A stretch of 51,424 nucleotides of DNA, from contig CAJVPI010000122.1 in assembly GCA_910592345.1 (NCBI GenBank), forward strand, positions 1 to 51,424. Direction: 5' to 3'. Shown here piece by piece: positions 1 through 13,417 of this stretch. Numbering within the stretch: position 1 is the stretch's first letter; every line of letters starts with the position of its first letter. The notes beneath the pieces were generated by a model, which saw only the letters and a program-made list of their open reading frames with translations, did no database searches and had not been told where the DNA came from. The translations under genes were made by a program, and so were the position numbers. Source of the DNA: Paraglomus brasilianum. Its lineage: Eukaryota.

Positions 1-48
1 ATAATCGTTAACTACACATTGCCCATAATGAAGCGATGCCGAGCATGA

Positions 49-562
49 ACCCTCGGTGTTAGCCCATCGCGTTCACACAATGCAAATAAAAATGGATCTG
101 GAAGTAATAGTAATAGTAATAGTAATAGTGGTTTTTGTAAACTAACCCTGCTTTATAGACACAGTAGGGATGGTAGTATTGAAAAATTTCAACAGCAATG
201 TAGAAATAGAGAACCCACAGTTATTGTTGGAAAAGTGTTGAATTCTGATGAAATACTGGGTGGTTATAATCCAACATGCTGGATGCAGTCTGGATGGATT
301 TCAACTACAGAAAGTTTTATATTTTCATTGGATAAAGAAAATCTGGAGAAAAGCCTAGTAAGCTTTGTAACTGATTATGATAAAGCCATTTTTGTTGGAT
401 TATATCCTCGTTTTGGTGATAGTGATTTAGATTTTGGTTTTGGTTTAAAGTGTAAGTTTGGTTATGCTAAAAAAAAAATCATACAAATTTGCAATAAGGC
501 CTACTTTTTTAGGCTGGTTTTATTGGGCAGATTGGGAAGCATTTTTGGTCACAAAAAGTTGA
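49..562 (+). pseudogene. TLDc-domain coding exon (3' part of a gene, 5' part probably outside the window); +1 frameshift in an A10 run at 469-478
   Basis: Frame 1 reads LTLLYRHSRDGS..KFQQQCRNREPTVIVGKV...ILGGYNP..W...STTESFIFS..PRFG..DL, which are TLDc motifs. Removing one A from the A10 run restores ...KKSYKFAIRPTFLGWFYWADWEAFLVTKS*, resembling the usual TLDc end. Could be a homopolymer sequencing error in an intact gene. Confidence 0.8.
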
Positions 563-872
563 TTGTTTTGTTTCAGTTATGGAAGTGCTATTAGGAAGTT
601 GTTAAGTACACTATGTATGCTTTGCTTACTAATTGAGATTTACTGCAAGTATCACACATAATATTATTACTATCAAATATTAAAATAAGATATTTTAATC
701 AATTGTAGTTTTGTTAATAGTTTTGTTTTTGGCAACCTGCAGTGAGTATGAGTGCAAAATATTAGTATTTCCATTTTGTATTAGTATAAATCCTGGAATG
801 TGTACTCTCAATTTAATGTTTCCATGACAGTCTATTGGCATACTCTCCTCCAAGCATTGAGTGTAATATGGT

Positions 873-1008
873 TATTGTGCCTCAGTTGGGGACCTGTCTC
901 AGTTCTGGACTGAGACAACTGAGTGTCTGGATTCAGAACTGAGGCAACTGGGTTCTGGACTGAGTGACTGAGTTCTGAACTGAGACAGGTCCGAACTCAG
1001 ACACAACA
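873..1008. mobile_element. Palindromic MITE-like element (copy 1 of 3)
   Basis: Imperfect terminal inverted repeats (tattgtgcctcagttggggacctgtctcagttc vs reverse complement tgttgtgtctgagttcggacctgtctcagttc) and internal ctcagtt/aactgag subrepeats; related sequence at 6144-6226 and 32150-32210. Confidence 0.65.
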
Positions 1009-1780
1009 TGCATGGTAGGAGGAGCTTTCTCAGTACTGTTTTGTGATGTGCTCTGTGTTTTTATTAATTGTGCACATCAACTACAAGTCTAGAGGAACAT
1101 TGCTGGTAACAGTTTTCTTCAGCTATCTGTACCAGGAATGAGCAAAATCTAATTGCACAATATCACTTTCTTACTCCATCATTCTGCTATATGATTAATT
1201 ATGATTGTCTTGTAAATTCCCTATGTAACATTGAAAATATTTTTTTGATATGGAATGCAAGTTACGTATGTACTCTGGAGGACTCATTAGTTACTTCACA
1301 ACACAGCAAACAATTTGTGTACTTTCTCATTACTAAATGTGCAAGAAGCATTCTTGAACTATTTAGAATTATCCTAGAATCTTAAGTAACATGTTCAATG
1401 CAAGCCTGACGTTTGTTTCTTTAAAAATTACCGTAAACTACCGTGATTAAGGGCTCCCATATGAAAAAAGGTTATCGTGAATAAGGGCCGTAACGTTATG
1501 AAATAGTTGGCGCCCTCCCCCTCGTCACTTATTAGTTCGAAAGTCATATGAAATATGCAGTTCGTGATTATATAATGAACAGAGATTACGTTACGTGACG
1601 ATTCGTCATTACGGTGGTCTTATTCCATTGGGATGAAACTAATTATCAGTAAATTTAACCTTTCTAAGCACCCAAAACAGATTGCCCTTTTTGTGTACGT
1701 CTATTTATTAATATACTTGTCGAACATCAATATACTGGATAATTACTTCATACAGTATTATTATGTATCATTTCCACTAG

Positions 1781-2830
1781 TTATGCGATAAGCATCCAGA
1801 TATTCTTACCAAAGATGTTTGGGTTTACACATGCTAATAAAAGCATAGTAATAGAATGGGAGTGGATTATGTCTGGCATGTACACGTCAATTAGAACCTA
1901 AGATAAATGGATTCTGTTATCGTTATGAATGTAAAGCACCAAGACCTCTCGATTGGACTATGGGGCAATGAATCTTTGAATTCAATTATTATGGAATCAT
2001 GGAAGAATACAAAGAATAAATCCGATGCCTATTGATGAACGTACGAGAAATGACATCATTAAGCCATGGATGCACACATATAGCAGATTGGTTAGATTCA
2101 ATAATAAATGAATGGACAAAAGTGACACTCAAGCAGATAGCGATAGGTGATACTCGGTCGCTTGATTTTGATCAGGTAAATTATTTTACGTGTAAATAAG
2201 CATTGAGTATGATTGGTGTAATGATTGCATTGGTTACTCAAATAGCTAACTCGGGGAATACCTGGTGGTTACGGAACAGTCTATACTACCAAATATAAAA
2301 GTATTCAGAAAAGCGTATGCCAAAAACCGTCGTCCTTGAACGCTTCAATAAGCGCCGGAATTATTTATTTCCGAGGGGAGCAATCTTTGATAGTATTAAT
2401 TCAATGGTAGTATTTGGATCAAGACATTAACAAGTTGACGTGAAAGATGAAATTAGATCATTTGAGGGATATTGCATGGCTTAGTGATATTCATGATGCA
2501 TTGCGATCTAAACGTAGTTTTGCACGACAGCCTAATCTGTACTTTTCATTTATATGCGATCTTGGTGTGAGTCAAATTCAACCATTCGAGGCGCTTTACC
2601 CTTTATTGCACCGGAAGTCTTCCATACTCGTAAATTTACGAAGGCATCAGACACATACTCTTTTGGTATTGTCATGTATTTGATGGACCGCCTTTTCGGG
2701 ATAGACAGTTCAATAGAGATTTACTATGCGATAACCAATGCCCGAGTCAGCACCAGAAGAATACAAAAAACTTGCTCAGCATTGTTGTGATGCTAATCCT
2801 GATAAGCGTGAGAAACTCATGGATTATGTA
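1781..2830 (+). pseudogene. Degraded tyrosine-kinase-like protein kinase pseudogene
   Basis: Fragments in shifting frames: CLACTR..CY..ECK..DWT-GNESLNSIIMESW (Cys-rich pre-kinase segment), LRDIAW.LSDIH, ICDLGVSQ, IRGALPFIAPEVF..KFTKASDTYSFGIVMY. Many stops, frameshifts and deletions. Confidence 0.8.
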
Positions 2831-5231
2831 TGGCAGCATATCGTATTATGTAAGCCTTTGAATAAACCTTGTATAAACTGTCAAATAGCCCAAGAATTAC
2901 AAAAAAGAGTTTGAGTCTCTAAATTATAAGAAATGATATTGTAAATTAACTTCATTATAACCAATTATTGTCTTCATACCTACAGCTAAAGCCAAATTAT
3001 AGCTATTTCTTGGTTTAAGTAAATCACCCAGTAGGTAAAGAACATGAATATTTACTCTCCTTCTCAAGACGCGATAAGGGCCTTACATCATTATGATAGA
3101 CGGCATTCCATATATCAATATCCTTGTCCGCGCTATATAAGACTGCTAATAAGATCATTGATATATCAATATGGTTGAGTTAGCAGGATTCCGACTGTGC
3201 ACTTTTGTGCCTGCTCGATTTGAAAATTTCTGACACTCCTGTAAGAACTAAAACCTTAATTTCATCCGCTGTTTATCGATGGTATTACGCGATTGTGAAT
3301 CATCACTCCATTCATATTTCTCAAATATCTATCACATCCTTTCCATGATATTGTTGCATAGCCTTGACAGCCTGTAACGACACAAGTTTAACGCATCCAA
3401 CGGGAGATTGAATCAAACGATGCGAATGCATTGAAGATAAGAGAAAATGTTTATGAGATGTTCAAAGAGCATAATATGCAGATAGTTGAGAGGATTATTT
3501 AATATCTTATCTAAAGTTGGTTGTTTATTGGTTTCTTTAAAAAAAAAAGTTGAGAATGATTTACAGTAATATTGTACATAATAATAAGTCAATTTGGAAT
3601 TGGCACAATATTGGTAAAATCACTATTATTCTTATCCGAATAACAAAAGACAGTTTAATTTGCTGCAAAGGTACTGTATGCTTCAATTGGACTTTCCGAA
3701 GTTTAAGGTTCTTGCATGCCTTCTTATACATGTAGTGCATAGACTGTAGGATTCAATAATTTCAAATTATAGAATTTTTATTGACAACTACAAAAACTGC
3801 CCACGCTGTTTTTTGACAGCTAGTACATAAGAAAGCAAATGCTATCACCAAGACCAAATAAAGCTTGGCCCAATGCCCAGTAGTTTGTTGATGATATAGT
3901 ATAAGAGAGGGGAAAGAAGCGGACATTTGTTGTTAATAATATTAGATAGTGTGTTATTGAAGGCTAGAAGAGTTCTGTAAATTGAGAAGGAAGATTTGAA
4001 AAAGAGTGCGACAATTAGAATATAAATGAGATTTCTGTATAAAGTTAAAATGGTAGGACACCAGGGTCAATATAATTAAAAAACTTGTGTTTCTGGTGGG
4101 TTTCTTTCCATTATATAGTAACGGGGCGGTGAAAGTAAAAGTATCGTAGTATTCTTCGTAAGACCTAATTTATTCAAACAAGAAGGTATTGATGGTCTGG
4201 GGTTTGGGAGAGTGATAATCTTTCGCATAGGGGGATTCTTCCGACCGGGGTTATTACCAGATTTTGTGCCACCGCCCTCATCATGATGGTTGTTCAATTT
4301 AACTACAAGTGACCTATGTATATAATTAATTTGCGCGCTTCTAACTTCCTATCCAAGCTTCAATTACTCGTGATTCCAAATAAGAGCACCCGTGATAGAA
4401 TAACAACAACAATTATTATAACGCAGAATCGGAGGGAATTAAACAGGGCTTTCTTCGATTTGGTGTTTTGACTAGTCAGACTCCGTCACTTGTCTCTTAT
4501 AAACTAATTAAACAATATTCGTGTCAATAAATAATCATTGGCTCTCGTTTCTCAATTAAGAGTACTAGATCAGCGGACAACTTATACAGCTTAAATGAGC
4601 TTGAATGAGTTGTTTATTAATGTGTCCAGTCGAACAGTCAATATTTCAACGATGAAAAAAGGTAAAATTTCGATTTCAAAGGGAATCATTTATTTGATTT
4701 TTATTTCCGTGGAATAATGCTGTTATCGAACCGACAGGATTTGGCGATGGGATATATATCTAGCGTCGCCCAAAATGCGAAACAGAAGGCAACATTGAAA
4801 CTCTTTTAAAAGGCCAATAAATTCTAAGCTAGCTAGTGGCGTTTGTACGGGTCGATCATGAGTCTTGCATGAAGTTTACCATGTGACTTGCTTATCTGAT
4901 CCATCAACCGTAATATTGAATAGAATTAATGGTTACGGGCATCTCTAGATAATCAGAACGAATTTACAATAGTGAAAAAAGTAACTGTACTTATACAGCA
5001 CATTTAATATCAATATATAAATCCCCTGGCCTCCTGTCAAATCAATTATTGACACAATTAGACTGTAATTCCCAGTTCGATAACCTTCACTATTAGTTTA
5101 TCTCAATTTCAAATTTAGATGCCTGTTGAGCTTAAACATGTAATATTTACGATGTGAAAAGCAAACTCTAGAGGTTCACCTTAGCTGTGCTTAATAGAGG
5201 ACACACAAAATCAATATTAATATATAGCATA

Positions 5232-5662
5232 TGTGGGTGTGCTGAAAAGTTTTGCGTGTGGGGCCTTCATTTCTGAGGTAACTATCAAAATAACTATTTT
5301 ATTCCTTCAAATTACCCTCCATTGACTCTACGCAACGTTGCATTCTGCCAACTCTGGAAAGAGTTTTATATTCCTCTTAGAGTATTAGGGAAACAATCAA
5401 TAATTGCCTGAGTTCAACACAATTGACGCCTTTTCTTTGTCTCTTTTGAAAGCATCAACCCAGCACCTAATTAGTACTTACAGTTAATACTCTTTCCCTT
5501 CCGCATTCACTATTCTTCATTGGTCTGAGAAACGGAGAATTCTTGTAAAATTTTAGCTTTTATCTCGTACGTGCATTCAATTATTGCTTTCATATTTTAA
5601 TCAGACTGATACATCATTGCAGTAACAAGTTCACACACGCAAAACTTTTCAGCACCCGCATG
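5232..5662 (-). mobile_element. Mariner-like deletion derivative, 431 bp, TA-flanked
   Basis: About 29-bp TIRs with a perfect 22-bp core GTGCTGAAAAGTTTTGCGTGTG; TA at 5230-5231 and 5663-5664. Minus-strand remnant FQSWQN..RCVE/VNGG*FE resembles a mariner transposase C-terminus. Confidence 0.75.
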
Positions 5663-6143
5663 TACATCCAAACAATACTATTCATAAGCGATTACTATCC
5701 TAAATTTGTTTCTTCCAATCAGATCAGGGTTTCTCCATCACGAATTACTGGAAATTTGCAGTTATCAGACCTCAATACTGATTATGTGATTTTAGAAATT
5801 ATGCAATTTATATGGTATTTGGGATTAGACCCATTATATTTTAATAACTTAAACAGCATTGAGAAAGTTACCTTCGGGAGATTTACCAATTAATTAATAG
5901 TATCCAGCCAAAAATAACTATTAACAGTCACTAATTATTCAATTTGCGAATAATAATAGAAAACCAGAACGCATTCTTTGCACTTAGATCGAAGCGCTTA
6001 ATATGTATGCACCGACCGGAATCTTTACTTTTACCGGATATTTTCCTGGGCATGTTTATTTTCTATTGAATATGTTGAATGGCTAAGATTCGTAAACATC
6101 TTGACATAATATACAGTGAATAAAGATAACTAATAGTTACTGA

Positions 6144-6226
6144 TGTTGTGTCCGAGTTCAAGACCTGTCTCAGTTCAGAACCAGTCATCCAGAACTCAGT
6201 TGTTTCAGAGGTCCCAACTGGGGTAC
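6144..6226. mobile_element. Palindromic MITE-like element (copy 2, internally deleted)
   Basis: tgttgtgtccgagttcaagacctgtctcagttcagaa...ggtcccaactggggtac matches both ends of 873-1008 in reverse orientation. Confidence 0.6.
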
Positions 6227-7449
6227 CAAATTTAGGACGACGGTTACATTACCATGTAAGCATCCCATTGCGGCATCTTGTGAGAGAATTTTCAACGGTC
6301 GTTTACGATCACATGATTTAAGATTGTCGAAAGTCGCATTGAATTACTGATATACCTTTTAGCAAATGAATTACTAGATTATGTTGCGAAAAGCGAAAGT
6401 ATCAACTGCCAAACATAGAGAATTAATATATCAAACACGAAAGTTATACGTACGTAATAGTTAGTAAGATGCTGTTTATTCTGCGTTGAATAGATAATAA
6501 CGGTCTAAGAATCTATTGATTACATTAATTGCACTGCAGAAAGCTTAATATGGTAATTTATATAAAAAACCTAACTGAGCGCTTGTGTAGCAATCCAAAT
6601 CCTAAGACGGGACACAACATTCCTAATTATCGTAGCGCGCCTTAAACTCTAATCCGATCATCTATTTATTAATAAGAAGACGATAACGATCATCGACACT
6701 TGGCGGGAATATTTGTTACATCACGTGTAAATCCTCCAACGATTGTCATCAGGCATATATTATAATTTAATTACACAGCACAGAGACGCATACCCCTCCC
6801 CCAATACGCTAAAACCACTTAGTTGGAGTTCATACTCACTCAGCCCCAGGGCAAGAGGTTCTCGTTCCGGATTGGGTCATGAAACAAGAATCTCAGAATA
6901 ATCGAATCTATATGTGATTAGCTACTCAATCATTGGGGTGAGTTGTAGAACACAAGTTTCTATCTGAATGCGGATTGAATTGATACGTGGATTGATGAAT
7001 AGTCACAACCAGCCCCCAGCCACATTAACACAATTGTATAAACAAAGGTTGGAAGGCGTTTTATTTACAAAAGCCCAACGCATAACGATACACATTAAAT
7101 ATTGAAACGTAATGTCTAAGAACTTGGGTTAAACATGAATGTTCGTGTCCTCACTATTGAGTACAACAAGTTTGAACTTTATCGTACGTACGTTATATAC
7201 GTCGTATAGTAACCCAGAAATTTTGGATTGAATAAGCGAGAAGATAGTCAGGCACTTTCTTACAAGACGAGTGTTAAAACATAACTATCATGATAATATT
7301 TTAATATTATATATATTATAAATGCATAGTATAATAACTACAATGAGCCAAAGTAGTTCAGTTAATTATAATTCATTTTAATTATCGCCGTGGCGAACAG
7401 TTTGGCATAGTTTTTCAACTGTTCCGTCGTCTAAAAATTTTATCGACTA

Positions 7450-7990
7450 TTAATATCTAATACTGTTCTGATAACGCAAATCGTTTATGATAAATCTTAC
7501 CATGCGTGCAAATTCTTGTTTTGCAACGCCGTTATACTCATATTCGATGTCTGGTTCTCGCGCCAACTCATGTACAATATCGACCTGCTGTTCTACCATA
7601 GCAAAAAGGTGCTGTTCTTCTTTGTAGTCGGTACCTTTTTTTGACACTTTATCTTTTCGTAGATTCTCCACTACCATAACAGGGTTATGGCCTGTATAGT
7701 CCAACTGGATAGGAACAGTCATAGATTTTCGACCACGCGTTGGCTTTGAAAAGAGCGCCTTTTGGTGAGTGTTTTGAGACATATTGGACATATGATAACC
7801 CTTTATATGTCACAGTCGGCTAGCTGGGTCGTGGACTTTTAACGCTAAACTGTCTGTCGCTTTTTCTAAATTAACAGAAATTTTTGACTTGCCAGTTTAC
7901 GGTTTAGAGACGTATGTTCAGAATGATAGACTGTTGGGGGACCGTATTTAAATACGTCGGGCAACGTGATGTTTGAGAAATCCCATTCTG
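7450..7990 (-). pseudogene. Degraded coding sequence of unknown family
   Basis: The 113-aa ORF 7450-7791 extends upstream through a single in-frame TGA (7810-7812) and one frameshift near 7895 to a possible splice acceptor near 7989. Composition looks protein-like. Confidence 0.35.
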
Positions 7991-8655
7991 ATACAATAAA
8001 ACAGTAAAAATATAGTAGTGTTTTAGTCGGCGGACAGAATATTTTGATTGCAGGTCTCTAAAAAGCAATTTTCTATATATTATAAACTCCATGATATTGA
8101 TAATGGTTATTAAAATATGTTATTTTATTATAATATTTTAGAGTTAAACATATTTTCAATCCTCCTTCATAGATGTTTAATTAGCTCGGCACCCTTTTCC
8201 AAATATACTGTAAGTATAGACACCGTTGTAATAATAAGTTCAAAGGTTGCAAAGCGCTATCACTACATTGATAATTATTTAAACTTAACTACAACTTTAA
8301 TACAATTAACAATAACAAAGGACCATATAATTTGAGTGCATTGTGAGAAAGTGCTTACCCGAATGCCTACCCGTTTCAACAATCTCTTCTGATCGAGCCA
8401 ACCTGAATATTTTTTTGTCAATGGATTTCACGGCTTGAACTTGGCAAAATTTTTGCAAAGAGCATTTACCTTATTAAAAACAAAGCCTAATGTATAATTA
8501 AACCCATTTAGTCTCTGTTATGCGAATGCAGTATCTCAAAAATTATTATACCGAGAGTTTTACATAACAGCCAGAGTTGTTTTCAGATGTGTTTATAAAA
8601 TCTTTTTAACACAGAGGGTTTTAAATTTTAATCGGAATTGGAATTAGAAGTGCAT

Positions 8656-8713
8656 ACACACACACACACACACCCCACACACAACCCACACACACACCAC
8701 ACACACACACACA
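8656..8713. repeat. Imperfect (CA)n microsatellite
   Basis: Directly visible CA dinucleotide run with a few interruptions. Confidence 0.9.
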
Positions 8714-11700
8714 AATATGTATAATTACCCTATATATATATATTGAAATTTCAATTGCTTATGATATAACTATTAGGCAAACCGATCAATAACTTCGGCC
8801 CGTGTTTATATATAAAAGTATTTGATTAAATATTCTAACTATTAATGAACCCAAGTTGACCCAACGCTTTCGTATTCGGCTCTATTTATCGGAGTTGACT
8901 TGTATTTTCATAGCAAATTATTTAGCATTTGTTAGTTTTTTTTTCTTTCAATTGATTCTGTATTAGGGTGGAAATGCAGCCTCATCGTTATTCTCACGTC
9001 GTATAATAATACGCGGCGGGAATGACCGGCATATTATTGCAGACCACTAATGCGTGTTCTGACTAATTAGGATTTGACCCCTATACACACCATCTCTACT
9101 GTTTGCGTACGTGATTGTTCGTAGAATGTACAATTTTTGGGGATTTTTCTGACGTGCATAAAAATCTTATGACGTGTAACCGTTATTAATAATGCACCCC
9201 CTTAACAACAAGTCTGGCCGCTCGCCTACCCACCCCAAAACTGAATTGCAGGGGAAAAGTCCAAATGATTTAATAAAGGCTAAAAGCACAATTGAGATGA
9301 CTTCTGCAAGCACAGATTCATCTGACAAGTTAGGTTGCATTCTAGTAGAGGAGCTTGCACTAGTGCCTTCCACTTTTTGTTGTCTAAAACCTTAAGTGGA
9401 TTAGTTATGCCATAGAAAAGACTTTTTTGCATAATAGCGCTAAGTAGATTAATATCGTCGTCTCTGTTATCATCATCAACATCATTGACGTTGTTGTTAT
9501 TATAACGAATGGGTAACAAAGTGGATGGTATATGGATATGCTGTTACTCGGTTCTATTTCATGTAAGAAATCTCATTTTGATAATTGTGATTATTATACC
9601 GATTTATTGTATTTCTCAACATACTCGCTCCTATTTTGAACCGTTTGTTGATGAGACTCATGTTTAATGTTATGATAACTGATAGGCAACTAAGCCTGTA
9701 AGCAGTTGATGAGTGAGCGTAGGTATAGGTGAGTACAACCAAATTGTTATGATTAGTAACCATACAAGATATCACGTTAACATTATATACGCTCTTCTCT
9801 CCCATAAGTGTAGGAAGTCGGACATGATTATTATAGTGATGGGTGATACTAATATTCAATAGAAATACAGATCAACACAGACAGTGGAAATAACTAAGCC
9901 AAACGAATCGGGACTTCTATTACTCCAAATCTTCAATTAAGTATTCTTGCGGAATACGCCCACCTTTGAAAGTTGTTCAACTCTTCACTCATTTAGAAAG
10001 ACATAACCAAAAAAGGATGTGCTCAGTTGCACAACCACGGGGTAGCAGCACAAAAAATCGTCCAATCGAAATCAGAATTACGATAACTCCGCCCTTTGGC
10101 TATAGATGGTAATTCACGCAAATGCGCACGTAGTTTTTAATTTTGTTCAAGATAAAAAGTTGGCGATATGAATTACATTTGTAAGTAATTGAGTCGAAAT
10201 AACATACTACATGCGAGAAGTACATCTTCAATTTGCCCTTTAAATCACAAAACAGACGTCATACTTAAGCATGTCCTATAATTGCATTACTTCTGAAACT
10301 CAGGAAAATAGCTTTAAATACCTCACAGCATTATAAAATTAGTGCCGTAATTCCCATGGCGATCAAGCTGATAGAAGCATATGCTATATAGCTCTGACAA
10401 ACGAAGTAAAAATAAAAAAGATCAGAATTATTAGCAGCGGTTAAACATATTAATATAAAAAATGTTGATAATTTAGTGATGGAATATATTGCAAATATGA
10501 TGAAAATCAAATAGACTAGAAAAATTATGACTTGATTCAAATGCAATGATCTAAGCGTTTATGGATAATGTTTTCATTAGCATCTTAAAAATGACATCTG
10601 CTACCTAAAACATATCAGCTTTGAAGGACGAATGGATATCCGATGGCGTATATCGTTCACATCTGTTTTTACGAGATACTACAAATGTCGAGTATTTGTT
10701 TGTTCAAAAAGCGCAAATGCTACACCTAATTTTGGATCGAAATATACATATATATCGTTCACAATTTCTATCGCAAGCAAGGGACTTTTATCCACAACGA
10801 GATGCGTCTCAATAATCATGTAACAATATTACCGATATAATGCCACTTTTTGGTGTTGCGCGTACCCTCCTAGCACAACTGACATTATTGTACCGTTGAC
10901 CAGTAAACGATAGCGTTGCAAATGAGACTGACTTAATATCATTTTCGTTGTAAACGCTCTTGGTTCTAAAATTTCTAGCCATCTCGAGTGCCGTCTTTTG
11001 CACAGAAATTAACTGTCTATATATTGTCGCTTGATATCTTACTCTAGGGTGCCTTCAGCCATTAGAAGTATATCCTCTTTAGTAGATAACTCTGTTTAGC
11101 CAAGCCACCATCTGGTTGGGCATGTTTATGGTTTGATATTTTTAAATGTGGCGATGTAAATGGTAACGTAAAAATAGAAATAGACATGACAGTCTGTAAC
11201 ACTTGTATAACATATAGTAAAATTGCCATAAGATTGGAGAGCCTTTATTGTACGTTGTCACGTGGGGTAAAACAATTCAAATTAAGAAGTACAGTCAAAG
11301 CTCGAAAAACTGATATTGCGAAAAACAGATGAACCCCCTAAACCGATAATTTTTCTAATTTTAAACCACTTCTGCATATAAAAATTGCGCAATTAATTTT
11401 GATAACGCTATTGTTTTGTCCAGACTTAACCTCGATATATCAAAGCGAAAGCCTCGTGCGCGACACATTGTCTTAATCCTGATAGCACGATTGACATTGT
11501 ACAAGTCAAGTCGCCTTCCAAAAGAATCAGTTAACGTAGCACGTCTTGTAAGATTCTTTTGTGTATTAGTGTTCCTTGTTCAGACACAACTTTTCAGATA
11601 CCATTCAACTGCTTTGATGGGGAAGGCAACACGTGATTTATGCTTTATTATGATTATCATTATGGTACGATCCCTCTTGTGGATAAACATTATGATACTT

Positions 11701-11818
11701 GTTCTATTACGAAAATTACAAAACACTGACCATCCATTGCTGTGACTGAGGTGAGTCACAAAGTATATTATAAAATAAATTTATCGGGCGCATCTATGGA
11801 GTAAATAAGGGACGGGGT

Positions 11819-13417
11819 CTACTTCTTTACCATCTCCTTGTATCTCACCCACGAATACATTCCCGAACCAAAGAGCGCAAGGATGATACCGATTCCGTTC
11901 TATAGAATGAAATTGTAAAGTGACAAGTCAGACCCATGCAATAAATATAACATTATAATACGAGCCACATTTGTACTTACCAATACGCTGATTGGATTAG
12001 CAAAGTACCATGCAGCAAGCGCGGTCTGGACACAGCTCTTGGCGGTGCCCGAAATGTTGTTGGTCAAAGGAGTTGTGTATTTAATTTGAAGGAATATAGC
12101 AATATTGATCACAAATCCAGTTATGCCTGTGAGAACCATCAATGCCCAGAATAAAGGTTCATCAAAGAAGTAGACATTCGCAAACATATCCTGAAGTTCG
12201 CCGGCCAGAACAACAAGAGGGAAGAGGAAGGCGATTGATAGAGTAGTGTTATAGTGAAGAAGTCGCCTAGAAGGGAATGAGATAATGAAAAAGTTGAGAT
12301 TACAAGTACGCATTGCCAGACTAGTATAATTTCACTAAACATGATAATCGTTTGATTATCGTTTGATTATCGTTTGATTATCGTTTGATTATCATTTGAT
12401 TACTTACCATTGATTATTACCGACAACGACAAGAGTCTTTTTGACATAAATTCCATACAACGCAACAAATGCACTGGAAGCTACGCCGTAGATAACGCCT
12501 TCCCAAGTAAAATTGAGTTCACCATACGAGCCAATGACGAAACCAGCAAATACAATCGCACATGCGCATAATGCAGAAACTGAAGTTTTGGCACCGAGAA
12601 GAGTGTAAGTGAAGATGATGTTGAAAACAATTGTGAGAGAGCGAGCAACCTAGTATTAAATAGAGTGATGTGATAGAAATGAGCATAATCATCAACCAGT
12701 CTATTAATTGCATTCTGATAAATGTTCATGCGAAAGAATTAGCAATTACCTGGTAAAATGTCACTTCCACATATTGCAAGCACAGGTTGTTGAATGCCAA
12801 CATGAGGACATAGATAAAGCTCAGTGGCATAACTTTGCGTGCTATTGTTAAATCCAACTCATGTGGTGGAATAAGAGAAAAAGCCTTGAATCTAGAAAAT
12901 AAAGCGAACCGTCGTCAGACATCATGTAAGAAATGTAGCGTATGTAGTGTATAGTGAATGCACAGAACAATCATCAAAGCTGCATGCATTTTGTTTCCGT
13001 CATTTTAAATCTCAACATGACATGACATGACATGATAAGACATTTTCACTTTTGTTTACAATCTTCCTCTTTCTGTCGCTATACTGTATCTATTACGCTC
13101 TACTAAATATAACCGAGCAACACATATTGCATTTATTACCTTGTGCCAAGACCTCCCCATACAAGCAATATAAGCAACGCAATAACCAGTTGGAACCAAG
13201 TGACGAACAATGGATAGGGAAACTTGTATTCCGACGTGCTTAATATGAATTTGTTCAAGAATACTAGCGCAAGCGATGCAGCCCAGTAGAAAGCAACCAC
13301 ACCCAATATCACCAATGCAGAGTGTTGTTTCTGAGCTTTAGCATAGGCAGAGGCAGATGCAGATGCGGGAGGAGGGAGAAATGGTTTCTCATCTTGCTTC
13401 TCGTCGGGGGAGACCAT
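11819..13417 (-). CDS. GDP-fucose transporter (SLC35C1-like, TPT/nucleotide-sugar transporter family); 5 exons 13417-13140, 12891-12750, 12649-12408, 12266-11981, 11899-11819
   Basis: GT-AG introns give a continuous frame with motifs SLALVFLNK, PLFVTWFQ, FNNLCLQYVEVTFYQVARSLTIVFN, LQIKYTTPLTNNISGTAKSCVQT and SGMYSWVR. Confidence 0.92.
12347..12401. repeat. Intronic 11-bp tandem repeat (atcgtttgatt) x5
   Basis: Four perfect units plus one with a single mismatch, next to the intron-3 donor of the transporter gene. Confidence 0.9.

Noticed and set aside
3000..4300. Minus-strand coding-like fragments, including ORF 4076-4297
   Set aside because: Probably a decayed gene, but no family motif was recognisable and the frames are too broken to call.
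9167..11130. Clusters of short ORFs on both strands
   Set aside because: No recognisable motifs or consistent exon chain; may be old pseudogene debris.
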